38,124 bases of DNA from Candidatus Heimdallarchaeota archaeon (GCA_019057815.1 JAHLWR010000030.1:1-38124); one strand, 5' to 3'; counted from the stretch's first letter, positions 17,790-27,138 are shown. The notes: generated by a model not told the origin, from the sequence alone. Translations and numbers: made by a program.

Positions 17790-19160
17790 ATGAAATGTTT
17801 TTGTCATATAGTCATGTTAGGGGGTTTTTCTGAGTTTATATAGGGAAATGTAGAATAATGTACGATGGTAGTAGTAACAAGAACGGAAGTGATGGAGGTA
17901 AGAAGAAATCAAGCTTTAGGTACACTCTGCCATCAAGTGAAGAATCTCTATAATCGAGCGAATTACATTTTCAAACAAAGACAGCAAAGGAAGATTTTCC
18001 TCTCGTACTATGACCTAGATAAAGTCCTCAAAACTGAAGAGTGCTATAAACTTCTACCTGCCCATACAGCACAACACACGCTCAAACTCCTTGTGAGAAA
18101 CTGGAAAGCATATTTTAATGCAAGGAAAGAGTGGAAAAAACACCCTGAGAAGTTCCTTGGTTTTCCTCGTTCTCCTGGATACAAACCAACAAATGGAGAA
18201 TATGTTGCTATTATCAGCAACCAACAATCAAGGATAGTTAATGGGTGGCTTATACTACCTAAAAAGGTAGAATTCACTCTTAAAACTAGACTAGATGCTA
18301 GACATAAGCTTCGAGAAGTAAGAATCGTTCCTCGGGGAATAGGATATTCTATCGAGATTGTTTATCACAGAAACCTCCCTAAAACTAAAAAGAAGGATCC
18401 TAGAAGAAAAGGAGCCTTGGATTTGGGGTTAACTAACCTCGTTACCTTTGTGGACAATATCGGCAGCAGACCGATTATTGTCAAGGACGAGGGGAGAGGA
18501 GTAAAGAGTATTACCCAATATTATCTGAAAAAAATAAGTAAGTTACAAGAACAGTATTCACAACAGCAGAGAAATGAATTGAAACAGAAGAACATATTGA
18601 TCTATGGACGAGCTTTCTATCATGCTCGAGAACGATGGAGAAGAAAGATGAAAGATGTCTTTCATAAACTAAGCAGGTTTCTCGTCGATTTGTGGGAAGA
18701 AAAGGGTCTTCACACTATTGTAATAGGGTATAATCCCAGATGGAAACAGCGTGTGCGATTACGTAGAAAAACCACTCAACTCTTTGTTATCATCCCCTTT
18801 CACCATCTCATCGGTTTACTGACTTATAAGGCATCTGAACGAGGTATAAAGGTTGAACTCATAGATGAGAGTCACACTTCCAAATGCAGTTTCCTTGATA
18901 ATGAACCCATCTGTCATCATTCTAATTATCTTGGGAAAAGAGTGAAACGAGGTTTGTTTCGTTCATCTCTAGGTCAATTTATCAACGCTGATGTTAATGC
19001 AGCTTACAACATTCTTGTCAAAAGCGATCCGCAAGCGCTTCTTCCACGAAGTGTGGGCGGGGTAGGAGGGTACGTGATTTACCCCCTTAGAGTTAGCTTC
19101 CAAGCCATGATGCTCTAAGTAAGTTCCTGTTAATATGACTGTAAGACAGAATCAAATCAT
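17790..19160 (+). mobile_element. Non-autonomous tnpB-only element (IS200/IS605/IS607 superfamily); ends approximate
   Basis: tnpB without tnpA, visibly more GC-rich than the flanks, imperfect inverted repeats at 17790-17819 and 19131-19160 (23/30 match by hand). Confidence 0.7.
17865..19118 (+). CDS. tnpB: RNA-guided endonuclease TnpB with a rearranged RuvC-II
   Basis: KNLYNRANY, RuvC-I ALDLGLTNL, IVIGYNPRWKQ at the canonical Glu position, IDESHTSK, RuvC-III NADVNAAYNI; TTTATATA about 23 nt upstream. Confidence 0.95.
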   Translation: MVVVTRTEVMEVRRNQALGTLCHQVKNLYNRANYIFKQRQQRKIFLSYYDLDKVLKTEECYKLLPAHTAQHTLKLLVRNWKAYFNARKEWKKHPEKFLGFPRSPGYKPTNGEYVAIISNQQSRIVNGWLILPKKVEFTLKTRLDARHKLREVRIVPRGIGYSIEIVYHRNLPKTKKKDPRRKGALDLGLTNLVTFVDNIGSRPIIVKDEGRGVKSITQYYLKKISKLQEQYSQQQRNELKQKNILIYGRAFYHARERWRRKMKDVFHKLSRFLVDLWEEKGLHTIVIGYNPRWKQRVRLRRKTTQLFVIIPFHHLIGLLTYKASERGIKVELIDESHTSKCSFLDNEPICHHSNYLGKRVKRGLFRSSLGQFINADVNAAYNILVKSDPQALLPRSVGGVGGYVIYPLRVSFQAMML

Positions 19161-19175
19161 CGTCTAAAAGACTTG
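18990..19175 (+). ncRNA. Predicted omegaRNA/reRNA scaffold plus guide overlapping the tnpB 3' end; boundaries uncertain
   Basis: TnpB guide RNAs are known to derive from the right end. Visible stems: GGGTA...TACCC and CTTAGAG...CTCTAAG. Confidence 0.45.
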
Positions 19176-20689
19176 TTCAATTTTTCAACATTCTTGATTA
19201 TCTTATCTGTGATAGTTTTCCATTCAAATCTCCATTCCCAATTGTCTTCCATTATTCCTGGTGTGTTCATTCTAGCTTCTGTCCCCAGTTCTAGAATATC
19301 TTGTAAAGGCAATATTGCAAATTTTGCTTTAGATGACCATAGAAGTTTAATCATTTCACTATGGAGAACATCCCTAGTCTTAACTACACTTTTAGTCACT
19401 AATTTAAGTTTCGCTTTTGAAAGATTATTCAGCCAACCTTTTAGTGTTTCATTATCATGAGTTCCAGTATAAGCTACACAGTGTTTTGGATAGTTTTTTG
19501 GATTATGGATATTCTTTCTATCACTATCAAAACCAAATTGCATAATACGCATACCAGGAAATTTGAAATGATCTCGTAATTCTTCAACTTCAGGAGTAAT
19601 GATTCCCAAATCTTCAGCTAAAATAGGTAAATTTCCCATCTGTTCTAAAAGCTTCTTGAAGAATATTTTTCCAGGTCCTTTAACCCATCTACCTTTAACA
19701 GCTGTTGGTTCTGATGCCAATACTCTCCAATAATCTGCAAAACCTCTGAAATGGTCTATTCTAATATAATCGTACAAATTTAACGAATGTTCGATTCTTT
19801 TTTTCCACCAATTGAAATCATTATCTTTCATTTTTTTCCATCTATACAGAGGATTACCCCATTGTTGACCTGTTTTGGAGAAGTAATCAGGAGGAACTCC
19901 AGCTACGAATTTTGGGGAGTAATTCTTATTTAGAAAGAAAAGATCAGGATTTTCCCAGACATCAGAACTATCAAAAGAAACATAGATGGGAAAATCTCCT
20001 ATAATAGAAATATTTCTTTCATTGGTGTAAGACTTCAATCGTGTCCATTGGTCAAAGAATAGAAATTGAACAAATTTGTAATATTCAATTGTATATTCAT
20101 TATCCTTCTGCCATTTGTTGATCACACTGTCTCTTTTTAGCTTAAAATCTTCTTTCCACTCTGACCAATTTCTGAAACTATTTTTTTCTTTAATCGACAT
20201 GAACAAAGCATAATTATCAAGCCAATTTTGATGTTTTCTTTTAAAAATACTGAATTCATTGTTAATTTTAGTAAATGATTTTTTGGTAAAATTAGAGAAA
20301 CATTTGCGTAACAATCTGTCCTTTTCAGCTATTACTTGTACAAAAAAGACTTTTTCGTCAGGTAGTTCGGGATAATTTTGAATATCATTTTTCGTTATTA
20401 ACCCCTTAGAAAGCAAATCATCAAAATCTATAAAAAGAGGATTTCCAGCAAAAGCAGATAAGCATTGATAAGGTGAATTGCCTAAACTTGTAGGTCCTAA
20501 TGGTAAGATTTGCCATAGCTTAATCTTGCTTTTATGAAGAAAGTCAACAAACCGGTAAGCATTATTTCCAAAATCACCAATTCCGTATTTAGAAGGCAAA
20601 CTAGATACATGAAGTAAAATTCCTCCTGAACGTTTCGCTTTATGAAATTCTTTAAAAGCATTTACTTCTTCATTAATCAGAAATATCAC
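19157..20689 (-). CDS. malQ: 4-alpha-glucanotransferase (amylomaltase, GH77)
   Basis: RSGGILLHVSSLP, WQILPLGP, GVPPDYFSKTGQQWGNPLY, RIDHFRG, AEDLG, YTGTHDN, RMNTPG...NWEWR. Confidence 0.97.
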   Translation of the reverse strand: MIFLINEEVNAFKEFHKAKRSGGILLHVSSLPSKYGIGDFGNNAYRFVDFLHKSKIKLWQILPLGPTSLGNSPYQCLSAFAGNPLFIDFDDLLSKGLITKNDIQNYPELPDEKVFFVQVIAEKDRLLRKCFSNFTKKSFTKINNEFSIFKRKHQNWLDNYALFMSIKEKNSFRNWSEWKEDFKLKRDSVINKWQKDNEYTIEYYKFVQFLFFDQWTRLKSYTNERNISIIGDFPIYVSFDSSDVWENPDLFFLNKNYSPKFVAGVPPDYFSKTGQQWGNPLYRWKKMKDNDFNWWKKRIEHSLNLYDYIRIDHFRGFADYWRVLASEPTAVKGRWVKGPGKIFFKKLLEQMGNLPILAEDLGIITPEVEELRDHFKFPGMRIMQFGFDSDRKNIHNPKNYPKHCVAYTGTHDNETLKGWLNNLSKAKLKLVTKSVVKTRDVLHSEMIKLLWSSKAKFAILPLQDILELGTEARMNTPGIMEDNWEWRFEWKTITDKIIKNVEKLNKSFRR

Positions 20690-20721
20690 CAGTTCTGCAT
20701 TTTCAATTTATTCATCTTCTT
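20603..20721. repeat. Direct repeat copy A (malQ 5' end and upstream)
   Basis: Aligns with 22093-22210 with about 14 differences in 119 nt by hand; exact shared core TAAAATTCCTCCTGAACGTTTCG. Confidence 0.92.
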
Positions 20722-20839
20722 GACTTTAGTCTATTATTGATGAAGTATATCGTGCATAATTTTAAAAGGATATTAACCTCATTTTAAGCTGATTCTGTAA
20801 TGTTTCTAAATAAACATTTACTCTACGAGCTGAAACTTT

Positions 20840-20986
20840 ATGGTGAAAATTTTCAAATTAGACCAAATCAAAAGAGTATTAGAAAAAGTAGAACTCATTC
20901 ATAAAATTGAGTATGATTTCGTTGCTTAGTCACAAGGTAAATGGCTCTTAGCTCTTGTTGATTAAAAGATTTTCAATAATCCCCCT
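20840..20986 (+). pseudogene. Decayed 5' fragment of an ornithine cyclodeaminase/mu-crystallin family gene
   Basis: Hand translation MVKIFKLDQIKRVLEKVELIHKIEYDFVA*SQGKWLLALVD*KIFNNPP matches, from recall, the family N-terminal pattern (IEEGFVAYSQG...PPVGELIF..PP); two in-frame stops. Confidence 0.6.
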
Positions 20987-21168
20987 CTTTCTTCTCTTAG
21001 TCGTTGTTATTCTCCTTATGAGCTACCTTTCCTCCTTAAGGTGACAAGGTAACAGAAACTAATCGTTAATAATAAACTTAGGAGATTACATAAGCAATGA
21101 GAAATATATTCGATATAATTAACCTTTAGTGTGAATTCTTATATATTTGTATATTTCAATATTAATGT

Positions 21169-21564
21169 ATGAAAGAATCTGATTGGTGGTTAGCAGCATC
21201 GAAGAGAGATTATTTGATGGCTCAAGAGTTATTTTTAAAGGAGTTTTTTGAAGGAACAGTTTTTCATTCTCAACAATCAGCAGAAAAAGCTTTAAAAGCA
21301 CTTATTGTTAAGAATCATCATTTTAGTAGAACACATTCATGTATGCAATTATTTAACATTTTAGAGGAAATAGGCTTTTTAATCCCAAATGAACTAAAAA
21401 CAGCAGCAAGGAAGCTAGATTTACATTACATTCCTTCAAGATACCCAAATGGTGTAGGTGGTAGTCCTGAAGATTTTTATGATAAAAAAATAGCTGAAGA
21501 ATCTATACAATATTCTAAAAACATTAATAATTTTGTTAAAAATCAATTCGAAGAAACTGTCTAA
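21169..21564 (+). CDS. HEPN domain protein (COG2250-type), second copy
   Basis: FHSQQSAEKALKA, RTHS and YIPSRYPN motifs. Confidence 0.9.
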   Translation: MKESDWWLAASKRDYLMAQELFLKEFFEGTVFHSQQSAEKALKALIVKNHHFSRTHSCMQLFNILEEIGFLIPNELKTAARKLDLHYIPSRYPNGVGGSPEDFYDKKIAEESIQYSKNINNFVKNQFEETV

Positions 21565-21593
21565 TAATAAATCTATGCAGGTGTAGAAAAGAA

Positions 21594-22025
21594 ATGTTTA
21601 ATTTAAAAGAGGAGAGAAAAAAGAGAAAAAAGGAACTAATAAAAATAATTAAAGAGACATACAATAACCAAAATATAGATGGATTAATTCTTTTTGGTTC
21701 TTGGGCTAGAGATACATGGAAAAAAGATAGTGATATTGATTTATTGGTTGTTGGGGATAGTTTTCAAGATTCTAATATTTTCCAAAGAATGGAAAGAATT
21801 AGCAAATTATGGGAACACCAACCAAACATTGAAATTATCTGTTATACAGGTAATGAACTGATAGAACAGATAAAAAAGAGTTTGTTGTTATGGGAAGTAT
21901 TTGAGTTTGGTGAAATATTAAAAACATGTAAATCAATAGAAATGAGTATTAATATCTTTAAAAATCTGAAGAGCAAAGAAATTTTAAAAAGAAATGAGAC
22001 AGTTTGGAAACTGCAGTCTATTTAA
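21594..22025 (+). CDS. Minimal nucleotidyltransferase (MNT), second copy
   Basis: LFGSWARDTWKKDSDIDLLVV (GS-x10-DxD). Confidence 0.9.
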   Translation: MFNLKEERKKRKKELIKIIKETYNNQNIDGLILFGSWARDTWKKDSDIDLLVVGDSFQDSNIFQRMERISKLWEHQPNIEIICYTGNELIEQIKKSLLLWEVFEFGEILKTCKSIEMSINIFKNLKSKEILKRNETVWKLQSI

Positions 22026-22092
22026 CTGCTTGAGTATAATATACGCAAAAAACAATAGAATTTTGAATAAAAGCAATTTTGGGTAATTTTGA

Positions 22093-22210
22093 AGATATAT
22101 GAAATAAAATTCCTCCTGAACGTTTCGATTTATTAAAGTCTTTCAAAGCATTTATTTCTTCACAATCAGAAATTTCACCTTTTCTGCATTTTCAAATTAT
22201 TTATCTTCTT
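22093..22210 (-). pseudogene. Direct repeat copy B: orphan malQ 5' fragment
   Basis: The minus strand translates NALKDFNKSKRSGGILFHISS versus malQ NAFKEFHKAKRSGGILLHVSS; 1-nt indel near the start. Confidence 0.85.
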
Positions 22211-22307
22211 TCGCGGACAGACTTTTTTTGTTGATTTTTCTTTTCCTTTTTGTTCTTATACTCACTTACACATCCCTGAATTTTAAAATATATTTAATAA
22301 TAAGCTA

Positions 22308-24047
22308 CTATGAAAGAGTTAGATCTGATAATAACATCTTTTCATATATTTCTTGATACATTGCTGCTAGTGATTCAGTAGCTAATTCCTTGTCAAATTT
22401 TTTCTTAAGAGCCTTTTCTTCGGGTAACCCTTTGATGATTCTTTTGAATATTTGATATATCCACTCAGCAATTGTCCACAAACCCGAAGGTACAAAAATT
22501 AAAATACGAAGTAGAAATTTTCCTATAATTTTGAAGAATTTCCCTACATCAACATCTAAATCTTTTTTCAGATTCATCTTTCTTCCTTTTTTCCTGACAG
22601 AAAAATAAGAATCAGATAATGTTTCTTTGATTTCTTTGTATCTCTCTCTATGGAATTTTACTATGCCCACCAAACTTGCTTTCGCAGTTAATGATATAAG
22701 TGAAGTTAGGAAATGCTTCAGGAATAAGAAGATAGAACGAATAAGAACGTAAACAGGCATAAAAACCCCAACAAAGAAATTTCTAAACATCTTAAGAATT
22801 ATCATCTTTTTAGGTGTATCTTTGAATCTATCTTTCAAATATTGTTGAGCACCTAACGCTAGAGCGATTGCAAGCTTGTTGTACTCTATATCTGACATTA
22901 TTTGTTTATATTTTTCTTCTTGTTTTGCGATGCCTTTTAAGGCTCCGGTAATCATTAAAGAGCTGTATAAATCATGGGACAGGTATTCCTCTGCAACTTT
23001 ATCTACTATTAAATTTAAGGACTGTCTAGCCTCTTTTATATCAATATCATTTTTTTCTGCAAACAGTTCTACAGCCTCGTCATGCTTCCACGGAAGCAGG
23101 CTCCCTTCATTTTTCCAGATTAGAAGAGCGAATGTTCGTGCTCTTGATTGATGTATTGTTGTCAAATCGATCTGATGAAGAGGTATTTGAGTGTCTCTAA
23201 GCAATTTTTCTAACATTTCTTTGGTTCTATCAGGTACGTGCTTAGCGTCTAGTGCTAACAATCCTTGTACTTTTTCTTTTATGCTATCAAAATCATTTAT
23301 AATTTCATCTTTAAAGTCAGAATATGTCTCAGCTGATATTGGTGGAGCATCAAAAAATGAAAACGTACTTTTGGCAGCATGATAAGGAAGAGCAAACAAA
23401 TTTTCTAAGTCTTGAAAGAAAGAAGCCCATCTGTAAGCGCCTAGCTTCATCATGTTTCGACTACATCTATAAAACAATGCATGAATAGGTCCAAAAATTG
23501 CTGCTATCCAAGAAACAATTAATAATGCTGTTCCAAAGAAAATCACTACTATAGCTGGATGAAGGCCTAATAATTGATCAAGTCTTTTCCCAGTTAAAGC
23601 TTCTGGAATAACAATCAATCCTAATGTTGAAACAATAATCGTTATACCTTCTCCTACCCCTCTTCGAATCGGATAGGATTTCATCTTCCGATGTTCTTTT
23701 AAAGCTAGTTCATCCAGTTCTTGAGACACTTCTATTATTTCTGAAGATTTTTTTCCTGCTAAGATTTCAGAAGCGGATATAGTGTATTTTCTATACATTT
23801 GGAGTAAAGGAGCTAACTCTCTTAATTCTTGAGGAATAAGAAGATCAAAGAGTATTAAACCTAGTCTGCCAACAGCTGAAACAAAAGTAAATAAACTAGC
23901 TAACATTGTTAATGAAAAGTTTATTATTTTTGGTAACTCTTTCTTTTTGATTTCTGCTCCTTTGTTGCTTGAAACCGCCTTTTCTTTCTTTTCCTTATTA
24001 CTCAAGCTTATCATTTCCTTTTTTTTACACAATAATATTCTATACAT
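22308..24047 (-). CDS. Hypothetical membrane protein (579 aa)
   Basis: Long ORF with N-terminal TM segments, a helical soluble core and amphipathic C-terminal segments; family not recognised; start uncertain. Confidence 0.75.
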   Translation of the reverse strand: MYRILLCKKKEMISLSNKEKKEKAVSSNKGAEIKKKELPKIINFSLTMLASLFTFVSAVGRLGLILFDLLIPQELRELAPLLQMYRKYTISASEILAGKKSSEIIEVSQELDELALKEHRKMKSYPIRRGVGEGITIIVSTLGLIVIPEALTGKRLDQLLGLHPAIVVIFFGTALLIVSWIAAIFGPIHALFYRCSRNMMKLGAYRWASFFQDLENLFALPYHAAKSTFSFFDAPPISAETYSDFKDEIINDFDSIKEKVQGLLALDAKHVPDRTKEMLEKLLRDTQIPLHQIDLTTIHQSRARTFALLIWKNEGSLLPWKHDEAVELFAEKNDIDIKEARQSLNLIVDKVAEEYLSHDLYSSLMITGALKGIAKQEEKYKQIMSDIEYNKLAIALALGAQQYLKDRFKDTPKKMIILKMFRNFFVGVFMPVYVLIRSIFLFLKHFLTSLISLTAKASLVGIVKFHRERYKEIKETLSDSYFSVRKKGRKMNLKKDLDVDVGKFFKIIGKFLLRILIFVPSGLWTIAEWIYQIFKRIIKGLPEEKALKKKFDKELATESLAAMYQEIYEKMLLSDLTLS

Positions 24048-24099
24048 TTATAAGAATATTTTGCACAGTTAAAGTCATTAGATTTTTGGAAATTGTAGA

Positions 24100-26046
24100 T
24101 TATTTAAACAGATATTTAGCTACGAATTGCTCAATTGTTTCTTTATGTTCGTTTAATTTGTGATGTTTATAGATTTCTTTATCTATAGAGCTATCAAATA
24201 GCTGTTTTTTAGCACTTTTTTCGTTTTCTAGAAGCTGTTTCACATATGTCTCTATTCTTGTTTTTACTACATCAGAAGGCTTTTTGAAAGGTAGATCGTG
24301 TAAATACATCGGTAAATAGTGTAGATACTGACCCATAATTTCAGTCCCTGAATACAATATTTTGTATATGAAACTATAAAGAGTGCTATTAACTATCCCT
24401 AAAATATACTCTAAACTTATTTTTGCATTTTTAGCTTTTTCTGTGAGTTGACCTAAAAGAAAAATATCTTTGCAGACATAACCTTCTTGGTCGATTGTTG
24501 CACGTATCCTTAAAGCGTGTTGACAGATGATGATTTTCTTCTCTTCAAAGATTTTAATATCAGGAAAATTATTTTTCAATCCCTTAGCTTTCTCCTTATT
24601 ATAATCTAACCAATAACCCCACCAATTTAAGGAATATCTTTCAACTTCTCTGTTACCAGCAAAAGGCTTCCCGCCCAGAAATTTTACTGGAAATTCGCCT
24701 ATTGGTTTTTCAGAAATAAACATTTCCCTTAATCCTTTTCTATGAAAGGATATAGTCCATCTAAAATTAATAAAATCTGACATTCTATAGTCAGATTCAG
24801 AGAATATTTGATCGACAACATCATAATTCCATTTATCTGCAAAATATATTGTTTTGTTAATTGTGTTTGCAAAAATGCATAAATCTACATTAATTCCATC
24901 TTTTTGATTTTTATCGAGTAGATTATTTACATCAATCTTTGAAAGCATATTAGCTGAGTTCTCTTTTTGTTTATTGTTCTTCAACATTAATATAATTGGA
25001 TAAACAGCTGGATTGAATACTTTTTGATGTGCAAGATTGACAATATGTTTAATCATCCCTTTTTTGATTATTTTATCCCTTATGGGCTTCGCATAACGTG
25101 CATTAAGGAATTTATTAGGGATTATGAACCCTAATTCTCCACCCTCTTGAAGTAAACTTATTCCTAAATCAACAAAGAAAAGATAAAGATCGAATCCACC
25201 TTTAGCAATTGAAGGAAAGAATTGTCTGCAAATGCTCTTTGATTCAGAATCCATTTTCTTCGATTCAACGTAAGGAGGATTGCCAATAACAAATCTATAT
25301 TGAGACTTCTTTGCTTCTATTATAGCTTCGTTATCACACTCATCAGTCTTTTTAAGTGAGTTTGTACAGTATATTTGCAGTTTTAATTCTCTTTCTAAGG
25401 GGAAGCTCTTTTGAATGTGACTCATTAATTCTACGATTATATTAGTTTTAGATAGCATTACAGCAATAGGATCAACATCAAATCCAACTACTGTTGATAT
25501 TATGTAAGAAATTACGTTGTTAGCACTTTCTTTGTTTTTGGTTAATTTCAAATGTTTACTGATAGCTCTAACAAGAAAAATCCCTGAACCACAAGAGAGA
25601 TCAATAATTTTTTCAGTTTCTGGGTTTCCATTGAGAATAGGATAAGAGAGTTTTGAAAGAATGTAATCAGCAATCACTATGGGAGTAAAAACTATTCCTC
25701 TACCCTTTTTTTGGGATTGTGATAAGAAAGATTGATAAAAATAACCTAAAGGATCTTCAAAGTTTTCTTCTTTATATCTTTCAAATATTTTGGAAATTTC
25801 CTCATAAATATCTTCCCAGAATAGAAAATCATCATAAAATTCAGGTAGAACAACACGTAATACGCTTATCTTTTTAGATAGACTAAGATTCTTTTCTATT
25901 ATATAATAATACTCAGCAGCTGCAACTATGTAGTACGAACACAATATTTTGAAAATAAGATTAATCGAATGATCACTACTTATTTTCTCGAGTAGCTTTG
26001 TATCTATTTTGTTGTATATTAAACGCAGATTAGCGTTTTTATGCAT
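24100..26046 (-). CDS. N6-adenine DNA methyltransferase (gamma class, Eco57I/TaqI-like) with a C-terminal TRD
   Basis: GIVFTP, motif I IDLSCGSGIFL, GFDVDP, motif IV IGNPPY, DLYLFF, GFIIPNKF, YILGIVNS. Confidence 0.92.
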   Translation of the reverse strand: MHKNANLRLIYNKIDTKLLEKISSDHSINLIFKILCSYYIVAAAEYYYIIEKNLSLSKKISVLRVVLPEFYDDFLFWEDIYEEISKIFERYKEENFEDPLGYFYQSFLSQSQKKGRGIVFTPIVIADYILSKLSYPILNGNPETEKIIDLSCGSGIFLVRAISKHLKLTKNKESANNVISYIISTVVGFDVDPIAVMLSKTNIIVELMSHIQKSFPLERELKLQIYCTNSLKKTDECDNEAIIEAKKSQYRFVIGNPPYVESKKMDSESKSICRQFFPSIAKGGFDLYLFFVDLGISLLQEGGELGFIIPNKFLNARYAKPIRDKIIKKGMIKHIVNLAHQKVFNPAVYPIILMLKNNKQKENSANMLSKIDVNNLLDKNQKDGINVDLCIFANTINKTIYFADKWNYDVVDQIFSESDYRMSDFINFRWTISFHRKGLREMFISEKPIGEFPVKFLGGKPFAGNREVERYSLNWWGYWLDYNKEKAKGLKNNFPDIKIFEEKKIIICQHALRIRATIDQEGYVCKDIFLLGQLTEKAKNAKISLEYILGIVNSTLYSFIYKILYSGTEIMGQYLHYLPMYLHDLPFKKPSDVVKTRIETYVKQLLENEKSAKKQLFDSSIDKEIYKHHKLNEHKETIEQFVAKYLFK

Positions 26047-26112
26047 ATAATATCTAAATTCTAATCATATATAGAGTTTTAGCAAGTTAAAACAAGCAAT
26101 ACTAACGATAGA

Positions 26113-26604
26113 TTACACATACCTTATCTTTAATCTCCTAAACTTTACTTCGCAATCTTTACATAAAGTTGAAGCTTTTTCTATTAAATGACCAAAATTT
26201 GTGGTCTTATTCATTAAACAATCTTTATCACAATCGATTAAACCTATCATGAACCCAAACTGATAAGCTGATTCTTTAAATGCTAATTCTTCTCTAACTA
26301 GTTTTGAAATCGATACAATCGACCCCTTACGCAATTCAGCATATCCATATACAAGTTTCCCTTCTAAGGAAATTGGTACTTCAACAATCCATAAAAAGAA
26401 GGTTGATCCTTCATTTATAATGTTCTGTAGAATCATCTTTGCGTCATAAGAATTAGACAGATCATGCCATGCATTATAATGGGGCAAACGTACCCCAACT
26501 ATGCGAAAATTCATGTAAAAAACTTTTTTTATATTATCCACTATATAATTCAACAATTCGTCTGGCACTTTTTCACAAGTGTAAATCTTGAAATAAAATG
26601 TCAA
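26113..26604 (-). CDS. Archaemetzincin-like protein, predicted catalytically inactive
   Basis: VYGYA...SIVS, KESAYQFGFMIGLIDC-x3-CLM...LCKDC. The HExxHxxGxxH motif is replaced; the Cys4 site is kept. Confidence 0.7.
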   Translation of the reverse strand: MTFYFKIYTCEKVPDELLNYIVDNIKKVFYMNFRIVGVRLPHYNAWHDLSNSYDAKMILQNIINEGSTFFLWIVEVPISLEGKLVYGYAELRKGSIVSISKLVREELAFKESAYQFGFMIGLIDCDKDCLMNKTTNFGHLIEKASTLCKDCEVKFRRLKIRYV

Positions 26605-26694
26605 CTTATTCCCAAATTATTACTAATTCTTTAAATAAATAAAAATTACGATTGTGCGAGAGTACGAACAAAAAGATAAACTTTGTCTGAAGGC

Positions 26695-27138
26695 CTATTT
26701 TTTCGAGAGAGAAGTCTTGGAATAAGTTTTTAAGCTTTCTCCAATCTTTACTTCTACAATCATCTCAGTTTTACTTTCTTTTGCAAAAACTCTTTCAATT
26801 TTAATGTTAGGGGGAATATTGTATCCACTCTCGAAATAGCTCGTGAATCTTATTTCTTTAGCGTTATTTTCAATATTAACATTAAGCATCTCAAAATATC
26901 CTTCATTATTGATTATTAAGTGTTTAATTTTTTCTCTAGTTTTATCATACAGAAAAAAGCCATTTTCTTCACGAATTGGTTTTTTACCGTCTTTATAAGA
27001 AAAGGTATATTTTACTATTTCCTCACCAAACATTTCGCAATTCAAAGTAGAATCAAATTTTTGACCATTTTCAACAATTTCCCCTTCCCAGTCTCCCAAC
27101 AACCAAAAAACATCAGTAATGGGATTTCCGTTTTCCAT
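26695..27138 (-). CDS. Nitrobindin/THAP4-like (calycin-type) beta-barrel protein
   Basis: WLLGDWEG calycin-like N-terminal motif, EENGFFLYD, all-beta pattern. Confidence 0.55.
   Translation of the reverse strand: MENGNPITDVFWLLGDWEGEIVENGQKFDSTLNCEMFGEEIVKYTFSYKDGKKPIREENGFFLYDKTREKIKHLIINNEGYFEMLNVNIENNAKEIRFTSYFESGYNIPPNIKIERVFAKESKTEMIVEVKIGESLKTYSKTSLSKK

Noticed and set aside
17865-19118. TnpB as a Cas12f/CRISPR effector or a nuclease-dead TldR
   Set aside because: No array or cas genes nearby; both Asp residues and an alternative Glu are present.
10444-21301. ORFs 10444-10764, 11279-11536, 11700-11990, 16259-16447, 16894-17127, 17146-17328, 17484-17729, 18044-18277, 19173-19460, 21119-21301
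   Set aside because: They overlap stronger genes; 11279-11536 is a hydrophobic artefact of the T-rich tandem repeat.
24100-26046. Type IIG fused restriction-modification enzyme
   Set aside because: The N-terminal region before the MTase core is short and shows no recognisable nuclease motif.
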